Notes: generated by a model not told the origin, from the sequence alone. Shown: positions 34,171 to 47,849, numbered from the whole stretch's first letter. The stretch is DNA of 51,051 nt, filler included, from Sphacelaria rigidula (GCA_964200075.2; 3 parts of 3 records of this genome joined end to end with filler, not necessarily neighbours in it), one strand, 5' to 3'. Program-made: numbers and translations.

Positions 34171-36592
34171 GGGACAAAAACAGCGCAGGGCTGTTAATTC
34201 AATTGTACATTTTGTTTTTCGTATTTGAGATCGCAAAATACCGTTGCCATGTAGCCGTTACAAGGATAAAATACATGTACAAGTATTCATTACCGTTTAA
34301 AATCATATAGGCTTCAACACATCGCAGAAGCCACAAGTGATTGGTACCAAAGATTTCCCCCCGTTTGTCTCGACCCTCTTCTCGCGTGTCTTGTATTGCC
34401 ACATCAGCAGTGCCATGCAATCGGGTTCGCGTGGATAAAGAAGAGTAGCGCTGGATATACCTTGGAAAAACGGGCGAGTAGGGGAGCTCGTACCTCGTAG
34501 CTAAGTCAACCTATCCCAGGCTGAGCTGTCCGTTTCGTGGGATACTCTGCGATATACGAGGTGAACGTTGCGGGTACACGCTTCGGTGCGCCGATAACAC
34601 CAGTATCAGAACTACAGCTAAGGTTTGAGGCATGTCGTACGCTGCTCACAACATCGTGGACCCTGTTTCTTGTGCACGCGTGCGCCGTCAGGTAGGGTCG
34701 AAGTTGATGGATTCCAAGGTTAGTCTTCGTTTTTGCAAAAAAAACTGTCCGGGGGGGGGGGGTTGGGATGGATCAACACGTATCCTTGCGCCAACATCCA
34801 CCAGATCGAAGATATACTGCCTCACTTTTCCACAAGGACCTCAACAAAGAAAAAGTCCTCGCCGGAATGTAGGGTAATGGAACCAATCGTGACGGTGCAG
34901 GCTGGTTTGGGAAAGATGGCCAAATCCTTTCGACCACGGTTATCTACATGTACACAGCGCAGATAATTACGAAGAATTCAAGTAATTCTTAGCACATGGG
35001 GAACAAAGCGACGTAGCTTCTTTCTCAGTGTTACACCATGATGGCGCGCTAAGGGGCGTGCAAAACGGAGGGTGTGAGAGTGTATAGAATACAGTATGGA
35101 TGAAATATCTGAAAAACCAATTATGGCGCCAGTATTAGAGTCGTGTTATCGTAGACGCGGCCCGTGTTTATACACATGGTGTGGCATCCGCGAACAGTCG
35201 TCATGTACATGCAGCACAATGCCACGGTCAAGGGCGAAGTGTGTTTCGCAGGCCACACGAAAGTTGAGCAGTTGTTGTGAAACGAATTGAGAGAAGTTGG
35301 GTCACATAATACTATCGCTTGTAACTGAAGGATTACGATTATCGCCACAAACCCATCATATGCCCCGCGCTTTCCAAGCAATTTTGTGGCATTTTCTCCT
35401 TCGCTCCATATCCCAGGTCGTTTGTGAGTCCGAGGTCGCTAGTGTTGGCCCCACTTACGTTTCACCCGGCTGCCCCGGTTCCTTGGGGCTCTCGACGTAT
35501 GTGTGGGCACCTTCACGGAGCAAATTTACGTTTGCTTCATTTCTCGGGTCAACTTTTTTCCACCACCCATTTCTACAATAAATGAAGGACAGGGCCACCA
35601 GTGTCTCTGTGCGTCTTCTTCCACTACCGCTCTAGCGTATTCCCGATGTTTCAGACCATTATATGGGGGTTCGCGGGCGTTCCCGGCTATATATGAGTCG
35701 AAGAAATCGACTAGCCCGCCTCAACCCCCAAACGAACAAATACTGCCGACTTCAGCGTTGCCTTCGGGAACACATGTGGGAAATTCGGTGTTTCAGTTTT
35801 CGAAGACGGCGTGAGAAATCGAGTGAAGGTGAAAATGTTCCGTGCATTATTATATGCCACTCTCGGCGGGTTCCAGGGTTGGGGAGACCTTACTCCACAC
35901 ACATGTTCCTCAACGTGCGTCTGAGGTCGTGAATGTCTGGACTCAATTCTGTGGTTTTCTGTGTCGCATATTTTTCAAGCCAGTTTAATAGTTTTTCTCC
36001 AAGCCTCTTCCGCCGAAACGGCGGGGGTCCCCAAAAAGTGGTGAAACTGACAGAAGTGGCAAAGCCTGAATACTCGGGACTCTGGGCGTACGTTGAGGCA
36101 CACGCGTTTGCTGTTGGGTCCCTCAACCCTTACAATGGCGTGAGAAATTTCTGTCCGAAAGCTTCTGGCGCCCTCACCCGTGCCAGCGTGGACGTGCTGA
36201 AGAGAGTTTACAATCCATTGGAACGGCGATAAGCGTTGATGAATCAGACTCTACACGTTGCGAACTTGCTGTTGATATTTTAGTTGAAATCGTGTAAAAA
36301 CTGGAGAAAAACAACGAGGAAAACACAATCTTTTTTCGATGATGGCGCAGGCAGTATGTCGGGAAGGAGCTGTGATGCCTGAAGAACGAATCATTGACCG
36401 AACCTTCATCCAGAAAACATGTTCCGAAAGCCACGGCGAACCCCTGAGCACGCCTCCATTCGGAGACATTTTGCCCACACGACGGGTCTCCCAGAGAATT
36501 GTACAACAGTGAAATGCAACCACGTGGCATCCACAGTGAAATATCCATCGACGATGAATCGAAGACGCACGCAGACGCGGGAGCAGACATAC

Positions 36593-39319
36593 CTGTTTCC
36601 CGATGCATAGTTTGCGGAGGAACTCGCGGCTGTTCCAGGCAAAAGGCTCGTCCGCAATGCCGGGGGCACGGCCCAGCTTAGGTGCTTGCAGGGACGCCAG
36701 AGACAGCTGCAGCTCGGGAGGAGGGCCATTGGGTGGGGCACGCCCTGTTATATGATGAGATTCACGCGAGAAAGCGAGGAAGGGAGTATAAATATTCGGG
36801 GTTCGGATAGCAAGGTATTGCACGATACAGCCAAGAGAGGTTCGGGATTGCCTCAGGCTAGCCTCGGGCCACGAGTGAGAGAGATGTTGGTCAGGAAAAA
36901 CAGGGATGCTTCATGTTTGTGAACTACGCAAACTGGAGAATAAGGGTGCGTTGCGGTATGCTCGACTCCTTGACCGTCGGGGGGGGTCGTAAGGTTCCAA
37001 CATTCATCATTCGAAAGAGGATGACGCCGTTTCACAAGATAAGCCCACCCTGGTGGTCAGAGACTTGAGAAATGAGATTTTTGTAACTTGGGAGGGACGA
37101 CACGACAGCATCACTTGATTGACTACGTATGGTATGGAAACGTGTGTAGAACAGATAGTTCATATAACTGAACAAACGCAAGTGCGGCGTCCCGCACTAC
37201 AGTGCCGTACATGGTTCCGAGTACACGCGATATCGTGGACACGGTGGGAAATATACGGAGGACGGAGGTTTTCTGTGTCGCAGATTCTTTCGGCAAATGC
37301 AGCACGCTCCAGGTGCCATTCGTAGATAAAATGGAGCTCGATCTTCGATCGGGGGGTATATCAAGCAGCTGGAATATCAGGTGTCAGTGATATGATAAGG
37401 GCATATTGCGGCAATAATAATGCTCAACCCTTAGACAGCGACCCCCTCGCAGGTGGAATGAGATGGACTATGCCACACTTGGGGGTTCAGTACAGCTTTT
37501 CTTTCGCCGCACAAAACGCTTTCTTTAATGAAACATGTGGATGTTGGGTGTCTACATGGAAAATAGGTAAGGAGAACCCTTGTCCGGTCTTGGCCCTGCA
37601 GTCTTTTGCGTGTAGTCATAATGCGTGCTGCATGTCTACGCTGGTACGGCGACCAGGCACAGTCAGGGTGTCATCGCTCTCCACTGGACAAAAAACACTG
37701 GACGCTGCCAAGTGTTCGACTAAACACTACAGACAGCGCCAAGTTATGCTGGCAACACATGAGGGGTCAGGCAGTCGCCATGGACCACGAGCACTGACAA
37801 GCACGTTGTTTGTGTTCATGTTATTTATGGTGGAGTTGTCATGACGAAGATGATAAATACGGCTAGACAGCGAAGTGGTCCATCTGTAGGGGAACAAAGT
37901 GACCTTTTTGACGGCCGTGATTGGTCAGAATGGTGACTTCGCTCCTCTTGGGCCTCGTTCCCAGCTAATAACTTCCCGTGGAAAACATCCAAACACAAAT
38001 GGTTAACTTGGTGAGCGCTTTGGCTTTTTTACGAACAGGGCCACATCCCCCGGAAACCCTGGGATGTCCCTAGACTGTCAGCCTGTGAAACTGTTCCGAG
38101 GCGACGCTTGCTCTGTAAGGGTTAACAACATGACCGTCGCTGAGCTGGGGGGGGCGGGGGGGGGGCTCAAGAGCTTCGTGTTGGCCGCGCAGCACCGACA
38201 CGGCGACCATGGGATCCTTCACTAGAAACGTCGATCACGCCCCATCGAGCGACGACGTACCAAACGTACTCATGCACAAGACACACACCACATACCAACT
38301 CCATCACGGCGGATCGGAGTCGTCTTAATTACCCCGCTTGTTTTGAGCAACGAGAGAGACCGCATCGACTCCACGTGCCGTCATTTTTCTTGCGCAGGAC
38401 ACGTGGATGATTATATCCCCCTGTCACGGAAACAGCACTGCTTCGCCAGTCTAACCACCACGTTCTGTACTGTACTGCACTGCACTGCACCGTATGTAGT
38501 CTGCAATGGTCCATGTGACCGCACGTGCGGAACAGGAGGGACGGGGGTACAGGAAAGTAGTACTACAAGTTGCTCCAACTGCTTCAGTTACAGGCAGCAG
38601 CCGGTTATTCAACGAAAGCCACATCCATTGGATCGGAGCGTCTGACACTGTGGTATTAAAATCTTCGATCTCTGGACGGTTCAGGTCCGTGAGGATGCTC
38701 TGCGGAGGAAAATACTGCCTCCTAACATACGGTCCTCGCATGAGCCCAACGGCGATTTCATTGATCCTATCCTCAACAAGACGATGATTTTTACCCTGGT
38801 CCATCTCATGACATTTACACCAAGCTGTTAACCTGTCACGGAGCTACCACTGCAAACGTTTAACTGCGTGACTGCGGTACGAATGGGTGCGATGCGCACG
38901 GGCAAGATCGGAACCGCCGGGAGGATTCACGGCATTGGGAACAAGATACAGACACTATTGTACCATTACAACAATCTTGTGGGGTTTTCTTCGTTGCAGG
39001 CCCACTCGACTCCGACGCAGAGGCCTGGAACAACCATGACCCGAAAGCCGCCACCCCGTACACCGATGATCGCAGTTCAACCGAGACAGTGACAGTGCCG
39101 CAGAGCATTCATGTGCGGGACGGAGGAAATCCCGTGTGTTTTCTCACGAGGGGGGGAGGGGAACCATCCTGTGACAGAGAGCAAAGAGCTCACAAGAGAG
39201 CAGCTGCAGAGCTGCCGCTGTTCTGTTTTTGTTCCCGCTTTGCTTTCACTTCTGATGCACTCACCGATGAGAAGGACGGTGTCACCAGACAGTACAGCCT
39301 TAACGGTCCCGTGAGACAT
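36593..39319 (-). CDS. SND1: Tudor staphylococcal nuclease (Tudor-SN/SND1), 5' part only: exon 1 39319-39265, exon 2 36744-36593
   Basis: The spliced translation MSHGTVKAVLSGDTVLLIG-RAPPNGPPPELQLSLASLQAPKLGRAPGIADEPFAWNSREFLRKLCIGKQ matches the SN1 domain start (G.VK.VLSGD...GPPPE....L..L.AP.L.R...DEPFAW.SREFLRK..IGK). Donors GTGAGT and GTATGT, acceptor TAACAG, phase-1 join. Later exons were not found before the contig end. Confidence 0.92.
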
Positions 39320-40024
39320 GACTCGAGCGTTGCGGATACTCCTTTCCCTTTGTTGCTTCCCGTCAGGCCCTTGTGGAACTGCCGCTAACGATGGGCAGAA
39401 CCGTCGACTGGCGGTGTTTTTCCGCCGCCCGTTTTCCGCTCCTTGCTTTGTGTTATTTCTTGTTGTTTATGCAGACCGCGGGCTTTCACAGCTCAGTCTA
39501 TGGGGTAGAAGAGAGAGTAAGATAGGGAAGATGTCAGTCTGGTGCTGAGGCGAAGTCGAGTAAAATATCCCCAGGTGGAGCTGGTGTAACGAATCTATAT
39601 CGTGTGCCGTGGTGCATGGGAGAGAGCGAGTGTGGCTGTACATTGTCAGTTTCTAAACGATTGCATATTTGGTCATATTCAATTATACCGTCCTAATATA
39701 TTACGTCAACTATAACTACTGTACCGTTGCTGGAGTACATGGCAGTGTAGCCATTATAGCAGCGAAATTACTATCATACGAGTTTTCACTAGAAGAAATT
39801 CCACAACATACGCAGGTAAAATTGTATCCGCGTGATTCGGAAAGGACCTCAAACTCATGGCAATCGGGTACGAGAAGTCGAGTATTCCCTCGATCAAAAA
39901 GATAGCATTTTTGTAACACGCCTTAATATCAACGTGTGGTGTGGGGCGGTGTGGCGTTCATCAACCCATTCATTATCCCCCCTTTTTGTCGCTCTCGGAG
40001 GGTGGCTGCTGGAGGTTAGGAGCA
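39320..40024. promoter_or_regulatory. Candidate bidirectional promoter and 5'UTRs between SND1 and RPS18; pyrimidine tract at 39976-39987
   Basis: The two start codons diverge 705 bp apart around an AT-richer core. TCCCCCCTTTTT about 45 nt upstream of the RPS18 ATG resembles the TOP-like start of ribosomal-protein genes. Confidence 0.55.
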
Positions 40025-43000
40025 ATGGTAAGTAAAGCATTGACCTAATGAAGTAATTCATGCTGCTCGTGCCATACTGTATTGAGTGCGTGGCTCGTCT
40101 TCAAGCTGTTTTCGTTGAATTTGAACACACAGCTGCGCAACTGAGTCTCGAAATGTGTGGTATGTTCGGTGACTGGAATGAAGGTCGTTGTGCAATGCCT
40201 GTTGACGATGGCGAGGCAAACCAGAGTTGGCAAAACCATTGTCAGAGATGCCTTCACTGATGACCAGCATACTGTGGCATTTCAATGGTGCTTGCTGAAT
40301 CGCTTGGCTGTCGTCTCATTGAGACCCTGGGGGTTCGGTTCCTACCGGATGAGAGTGTGTCACGGTGCACTCCCATCTTGGTGCCCTTGCTGCGGCCAGA
40401 GAAAGACAGTATGCAGAAGTACGAGAGGCTGGTACGGGTGTGTTATGCAGCTACGATGAGTATGCTAGAGGTGTGCGCATGGACAAGAGTGTTGTCCTCG
40501 TGGGATTATTCAATGTGCATGTATCGAGGAGCCGCAGGCGCTCTCGGCTTCACTGACTAGGTGTTAATTCTGTAGCATTTCCCTACCCGAGCCGGTTGTT
40601 GTGTTGTGATGCACTTGCTTTTGTACCCGGTAACGCTCACGTTGGATAGATCCAGCTTGGGGAGTCTGATGCAGGGAGTGATGAAGCAAGGAGGGATCGG
40701 CGAACGAGGCAGCCCCAACTTCCGCTGCAAACATGACTGCCCACGTATGTTACTCTGCTTCATCAGTAACTCATGGATACGTACGCGCTATGCCCGCCTC
40801 TTCCTTGTACCAACGTTGCCTGCGCAGTCGCTCGTCATCTCGCCCGAGTTCCAGCACATCCTGCGTATTCTCAACACGAACATCGATGGACGCCGCAAGG
40901 TACAGTCAGTAGGCATTATGGCGGAGTTCAGAGTACCCTGCACAGTCCGACCTTGGAAGGTCCCACTGGACTGCATTTGCGTGCATTAGCGCGTGCCTGA
41001 ACAGACTACATAGACAACTGCGACACATGCCGAGTTGTCGTGCAACCGCTTCGTTCTTGTAGTCGCATTTCTAAGCCGATCGATGTACATGTGGTATAGT
41101 AGTCCCTTCATCCACTACAGTTGGCTCACCACTGACCGTATCTGATGCGTTCGCTGGACCCTCCAGTGTTGCGCCGGCCATACTATTTTGTGCGCTCGTG
41201 AATGCCTCCGTATTTTCTCACATGATGATTTACGCCGGGTATCCCCGGGCTGTCGCATCGTGTTGTGCTGGCCTTGAGCACGAGGAACGGGCTCAACAGT
41301 CTCACTGGTATCATGCAGTGGAAATGTGCACTAAGATTGCGGCATGCGGCTCGGAGAGCATGAAATCGCCAGCGAAAGCAATGTGCGGCGGAATCGCCGC
41401 GGTCACGTTCCACTCAGTGAACTTACAGCAAACATATTTCTCACAGGGTTGCATATCGGACCGGGAATGAAGTTCGATAGATATTGTTGGATTATCGAAC
41501 AACCGCCGATATCGATATTTTTGTTGATATTCCAAAAATGACACGATACGTATCGAAAATCGATATTCGTTACGATAAGGCTGTTTTGGTATAGTCGTAG
41601 TGTACAAGACCGAGCGGTACACTGGCACTGACACTCTCTCTCAGTTATGTACGTGGCTCAAGATACCACATCCCCTAGACAGTTTTTCTAAGCTCACTTA
41701 TTCCTCATCAGAAGCGATGCCAGGGCTGAACTGGGCGGTGTTGCGACCATGTCGTCAAGAGAAATTGATCGAGCTTTGAAATTCGCTCCTAAGGATATTG
41801 AATCTCAACGAACCTACGGTAGTTTCCAGTGGACAGCAGTGGACACATAATGTACAGCGGCGGCATGCGGTGATACAGCTGTCTTGCGAATATCTTTCAT
41901 CATGCAAAATGTACTGAAGTTGATGACTGCGGGCCGGGTGTGGTGTAGGTTATACTTCACTTCTACAGTCACCATTCCGCGTGTTTCGATCGAACGAGCG
42001 CATATCTCGGCTGTCATTCATTGGAGAAGGAAAAGGTGTCGAAACGAAGATTCGCAAACTCGAATGAGAGCTCTTTTTTTCAACGTTTTTCACCACCAAT
42101 GAGGGGAAACATGAGCAGCATGCGTCATTTTTAATTTTTGGATGCCAATATATATATATATATATTCGCGTGTCACCAACCAAAAGGGAAAAACCAAGCT
42201 TACAACGATCAAAATGTGAAAAATAATAGATGGAGGGGAAAATTGATCCAACATTCGTCAAACATTAAGGAAGGGCGAAGCGACAGTCCCATCTCTTCAG
42301 CGGTTACTCTGCCGCCTCCCACCATACGAGTAGATATTGCATCCATTTGCACACCGTGCAACCTCTCGACGGCTATACTCGCAAGGGCAACTTGTAAACG
42401 CTGCGAAAATGCTGAACACACACAAGCAAGTTGGTTACTGCGGTGACTACTCATGTAGAAAAGCGCAACCCTTTCCTGGACCTCGTGTTGGAATTGTTCG
42501 AAAAATTGAGCATATGCGACGAAAATACATATATATAAATGTCGATATTATCGATACTCGATCTTGACAAATATCATGAATTGGTTTTCTACGCTCCGAG
42601 ACCGATGTGGCATATCGACGACACTAATCGAAATCATATCGATATTCGATATTTGATGTGCAACACTGATTTCTTATCAACGCGCGATACGGGCATCATT
42701 TCTACCCACAGCACCCGTGGAGCTAGCTCGACTTGACTGTGTAAGGAAGACGCGTACGACGAGAGTATCAATTGTCATCATACATCGTTCCTGCGTGAAC
42801 GCTGGAGTAAAAACAAGACCATGAGAAACCAACAGCACACGGGAATCTCTCAGGTAGAGGTACACAGACAAGGGTCTTTCGAGATGACTTTTTCGGACAT
42901 GGAGCCCCCCACCCCCTCCCGCAGGATTTTTTTTCGGTAATTACAGTGGTGTTTCCAATTCTCTCGTAGGAGTTGTTGAAGAAAACGATGCGACGAACAC

Positions 43001-46000
43001 TGACCAAAACCAGAAAATTCTGGCGGGTTTCACGAGGTTTTCTCTTTTGCTTCTGCTCCTTGCCCGCCCTGTCCCGTTGACCTCGGGTGCCGGCAACCCT
43101 CACACACATTCATGTACAAAATACGAGCTCACGGTAGTGACAGCTTGAGCTGAAGTAGCAACATTGATCACGCCTCGCCGAATTTGCCCGAAGTTGAAAT
43201 GGAATGTAGTCAAGGCACATGACACGGAACGTGATCCCACGAAGATTATCATGGTGGGTGACGAGCTCGAAGAGGCGGTGTGTCCGTCATCTCAGCAGTT
43301 TTTATGCCAAGGATGTCTGTATACGGCAGCTGATCGCACCCGCCAACGCCTCGGCAATTAACTGAAGGACAGCAGGCTGTGTCCCCCCGCCCTCGAACAC
43401 TCGAATTTTCGATCTCGTGGCTCACGTGTCCCGAAATGTATATATTTCAGATCCTTGATGCAACACACCGTTTTGGGAGGTCGAGAGCGCAATCGTTGCT
43501 GTGAACCCCCTGCGCTAGCATGCCTTCGCCGTGGGTAAAGTGGGAGCATATCTTGTACCGGGGAGAGATGGGTTGATCCCTCGGACCACCTACTCGGCCT
43601 GAAGTGCAATAAATAAATGAAATAATCACCGGGTAGTTACCCCATAAATCGCACCCTTGAATAGTTCAATCACGCTCTGCCCACGCCAGCGCTTGGATTC
43701 GACTGCTCCGGCCGGCTGTGCGTCGGCGAAAAACGTGCGCCCTTGTTGCAGTGTGAGCGACTCAGCGTGTTGTTTTTGAGAATATATGCCATTGAGTGAT
43801 CCAAAAGAAACATGTTGGTGGCCGGGAGGGAGGGAAGTTGTGGGTGCTGCCTCCATCGACGGTATATGTTGGAAATTGTTCATTGGTGACATCTATTTCG
43901 TTTCTCAGAGGGCACTGGCAGTCTCGCTGTCCGACTTTCCCGCGTATTCATCTTACTTCACCCCACATGTGTTGTATCATGATGTGTCGTTATCTCCATG
44001 TCGCAGGTGCAGTACTCCCTGACCTCCATCAGGGGAGTGGGCCGTCGGTTCTCCAACCTGATCTGCAAGAAGGCCGAAGTCGACCCGAACAAGAGGTCGG
44101 TACTCTTGACTGGGTTGGGTGCTCACTGGTTCGTTTCGTTCGCAGCGAGGACACGACTTCCATCATCTGCTCCCTCTGCAAATTAAATTGTTCAACCACC
44201 GCTGGACTGACGAACAGCCGATGTGATGATCATCACTACGTGGTGCCAACGGCATGCACTAATGCCGTATGGTGGTGGTACTGTAGCAAGAAAACGAGTC
44301 ATCGCCTATTGCAAGCTGGGCCCTCTAGTGGATTCCCGGCCGTTGATTATGACGCACTAGAACGTGAGCGCCGCTGTTCGTTGCGGGTACTTTTAGTTGA
44401 CAAGCCGAGCTTTTTGGTATTTCTTCGGTTTCACCTGTCGGCCTGACATGAACAACGACGATTTACATAAACGATGGCGATTGTCCAAGGTAAAAAGCCC
44501 CCCACAAGAGCGGTAACCCCCAAGGGGTGTTTGTTCGCCATGTGGATCGTTCCCGTGACGCCCACCGTGTGTTCTCAAAACACGGGATTGTAACAAGCGT
44601 CGCGCGGATGCCAACCTGCTTGCATCGGAAAAGGTCGGAAGAGAAAAAAGGCATACTAGTGGTGACTGCACTGGACAAGTCCCCCGCGGCAACTTGAATA
44701 AAAGGCGTCTCTCGATATGCCCCCGATGCTTCCGAAGTTGTCTGTCCAATCGTCCAAGGTTATATTGTGTCGTGTGGATTGGAAAAAAATGACGTTTTTA
44801 CATGGAGGGAAATTTCTTTATGCAAAATCTTGCTTGGAAGAACTGAGTTTGTTCGTGACACACTCCAACGTGATGTATTATGTCAACCAAAAAATCCCCT
44901 ACTCCCAAGTATGTACCAAGAAAACATACAACCTTACAATCGCCGAGAGGACATGATGGAGAAACCCAACGCCTTTTGTCGGAGGGGACGACTGAGCTTT
45001 CTGTACTCCACCCCCTTCGGTTTCCGTGTCACGGTCATCAGGGCGGGAGAAATGACGGCGGATGAGATCGAGAAGCTCGTGGCAATCATCCAAAACCCCC
45101 GGCAGTTCAAGATCCCGGACTGGTTCCTGAACAGGCAAAAGGACTGGAAGACCGGGAAGACCACCCAGATCTCGTCACAGGTCATCGACCAAAAGCTGCG
45201 AGAGGACATCGAGCGCCTGAAGAAGATCCGGTACGTCCGTCCTTCAAATTTGTACGGGAAAATTTGTATATATATCGCGCAATGACTGGCGTTCGTTCGT
45301 TGTGATTTGGCGTTGGTTCACCCAACAGTCTATGGGGATAGTTTCTCACGACTGAAAATGCTATGCAGAGTACGTATATATATATATATATATATATACC
45401 TCTTCGTATCTACTGGACTTCATATCACGATGTTCATAGCCGACTGTGACCTGTTCATGTGGATATAGCACGATGTTCATCGCGGTTGTTGGAATTGATG
45501 TCGCCGTGTATATCCCTTCGTCCTCGACTCGAAATCGCTAGAAAAACATGAGTGCTTGCCGCAAATTGGTAACAAAAATGATCAAGAGGTGTTGGGCTGT
45601 CGGTCATATTGAAAAAAGATGGGAACGGTTCTCTACCGATACATTATTTTGCTGCGTGTGTTGATACGCAAGGATGAAGCCCCGCGAACGTTTGGCCATG
45701 TATCGAATAATTTGGACGGCATCAACGTGCGCCGGTCGACATTCGACATGATTTCCGCACATGATACATCCCACGTATCGACGTTTCTCTTATTTGTTGA
45801 GCCAGGCCCGTTGAGGCATGTGTCTCCCACCCCATATCACTGAAGGCATCGCTCTGCCTCGAGGCCAGTAGACGCTAACCGTCGGTTGCTCGAGAGTGGT
45901 TGAAAAGTGGGTGAGATGACAGCCCCACATGATTCACGTGCTACTCCTTCATTTGTCAAAGATCACTAGTCCGTGTCACCAGGCTACAAGAGTCCTTGAC

Positions 46001-47262
46001 AATCTTGACCCTTGTGGGACCAGGCCTCCAAAACGATCAAGCAGGCTGGTCAGGAATGACGTGTCTAGCGTCTTTGAAAAAAAGGTGTTGGGAAGCTGAA
46101 AATCAGCGTATGTAACCGCAGGGTTATTGCGAGGACATCAAGTTTTATTCGAAATATTGGTGCGCATTAGGCGGTGTACATCTGATGTGCAAGTAGTATG
46201 AATCGTGGTAAAGAGCTAGGTTCCAACAGGATGCGGCGACCGGCGGGCCGCCCGCCTTTAGTGGCTTTGGATGATATCATTGTCCCCATCACCTTGCCAC
46301 ACAGCCCTTTGTTGTTGGGGTGGGCCGCCATTTCCCCCCTTGTTGCATGCGGCGAATCCTCTTCCAAGGGAATCAACGTTGCAGCGTTCATGCATACAAC
46401 AGCAAAGTATACGGTACAGTGTAGTATCCCTCAGACTGGAACAGCAGCTGCCGCTGATCACACCTTTACACGTTCTGGGCAGTTTTTGGCTACCATGATA
46501 AACTGCCTATTCACAGCTTCTTTATCCCCATCCACTACGTACCTGTTCACTGCACCCTGAAAATTATCGGCATGACAGTAGATCCTTTTGTCTTTTCACA
46601 GCCCACCTGGTTGTACGGCGTGGTGGAAATGACCACATATTGTAGTAGCATGTACACCCCTTCCGGTTTTTTCCGGCCCACCCTGTGTTGACGTAAATAA
46701 CTACGTTTCGGTATAGATCTGGGACCCAAGAAACGCTCCGGAAAAACTCAGGAGTGGTCTACTGAGTGCTAGTAATACAATAATACCAAGCTGCGACCGC
46801 CCTGCACTTGAGAACCTGGGAAGGCTTATCTGGGCCAAGGATAGGGCCTCGCACAATCTTTGCAGTGGCGTCACGCCCGCCAGCAATGCCCGTGCTGGTC
46901 GTTCGGGTCTGGTCGATAAATTTCGCCTCGCTGTGATTGGATAGGTCGCTCGAAGACTTATTTTTCATTATTCCACCAACACAGGCCTGTGTTGGTGGGG
47001 GTCCGGTCCCAAAAGTGATCATGCTCAATGCATTGTTGGATGCACATTTTTGAAGACATGTTGATCGGGTAAATCTCTGAGCATACCATACGTCACCCCA
47101 ACCCCATTCCCCCGTTACCTACGCTTTTCGGTCGTTTTAATGTCCTCGATGTTCAGCTCCCACCGCGGTATCCGTCACTACTGGGGCGTGCGTGTGCGTG
47201 GACAGCACACCAAGACTACGGGACGCCGCGGAAAGATTGTGGCGGCGGGTGGCCGGAAGTAA
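40025..47262 (+). CDS. RPS18: 40S ribosomal protein S18 (uS13), complete; exons 40025-40027 (ATG only), 40828-40899, 44007-44095, 45042-45230, 47157-47262; 152 aa
   Basis: All junctions are GT-AG and in frame. The product is [60 protein letters not shown]...[16 protein letters not shown]...[46 protein letters not shown]. The ATG-only exon is inferred from GCAATG|GTAAGT. Confidence 0.97.
41444..42668. mobile_element. Non-autonomous hAT-like element in RPS18 intron 2
   Basis: TIRs CAGGGTTGCATATC / GATGTGCAACACTG match at 12/14. The 8-bp TSD is ATTTCTCA / ATTTCTTA. Dense subterminal (A)TCGAT(A) motifs occur at both ends. Confidence 0.85.
42869..43457. mobile_element. MITE copy 2 (inverted homolog of 5277-5874) in RPS18 intron 2
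   Basis: It begins CAAGGGTCTTTC...TTTCGGACATGGAGCCCCC and ends GATCCTTG. Internal blocks are reverse complements of the 5277-5874 element. Confidence 0.65.
43458..43626 (+). mobile_element. 3' end of a SINE-like element with an (AATA)n tail
   Basis: TGTACCGGGGAGAGATGGGTTGAT is shared with 5161-5184 and is followed by GCAATAAATAAATGAAATAAT. Confidence 0.5.
45375..45398. repeat. (TA)n microsatellite
   Basis: Directly visible. Confidence 0.9.
45720..46900 (-). mobile_element. Highly degenerate non-LTR (RTE-like LINE) reverse-transcriptase relic in RPS18 intron 4
   Basis: Minus-strand remnants occur in RT order: RDATAKIV (like WKDATIKV), [18 protein letters not shown] (like EQCGFRP.RST.D..F.VRRLQ), ADF...LLDRFG.VP and ...HPLFN. 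Confidence 0.35.
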
Positions 47263-47849
47263 AAAATAGCCATTTTTTATTCATGGGTCATCGTGTTGAG
47301 GCTTGTGTCTCAATCATGTGCCACTGCTTCTGACGCCCGTGTATATGGGATGCAGACGTTCAGATGAACACCTCATCTTGGCTAGTGGTCTTCCCACGTA
47401 GCTTGGTTGCATGCTGCTAGCGTATGGGAGTGGTTCGCTGCCCTATGCACGACTGTGTTTGAAGTGGGGGGCACATTCTACGGCGTCACATTACAACCGG
47501 GGTGATCTTCCAAAAAGGGGAAACAAATGAAATGAAACACAAAAAAAGCATGTGCATCGTATTCTTACGTTGAGCATCTGCGTACGAGTACGAAAGCTAG
47601 CTGTGCGCAAGAGCTGATACTATCTCACATGACCTAGTCGAACCAGGTTGCACGTGCTCTCGCCTTTCGCTGTTTTCTTGAGAAATACTCCCGAGAAAAC
47701 ATTCGTAACAGCCCCAACGAGTGTCGTTTCCGCAGGTTCAGGTCTTGACTTGCGAATGCCGCGAAAGGGACATGTTCCTGCGGCTATGGTCGGTTCGATA
47801 ACCCTCATTAACTCGACTGCGAACGACAACATATCTTGGTTTGAAACTG

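Noticed and set aside
34104-34172. G-quadruplex regulatory element
   Set aside because: It is a homopolymer run at a contig edge, where sequence accuracy is doubtful.
35455-35575. Third SND1 exon
   Set aside because: It has AG/GT borders on the minus strand, but the phase-0 frame hits a stop and the open frame does not resemble the SN1 continuation.
38451-38804. Nested gene or extra exon in SND1 intron 1
   Set aside because: SND1 exons 1 and 2 join perfectly without it, it has no recognisable homology, and it runs into a simple ACTGY repeat.
41220-41330. Intronic C/D-box snoRNA in RPS18 (C-box-like RTGATGA here and at about 44223)
   Set aside because: No CTGA D box at suitable distance with a terminal stem, and no evident rRNA complementarity. 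A snoscan or Infernal run would be needed.
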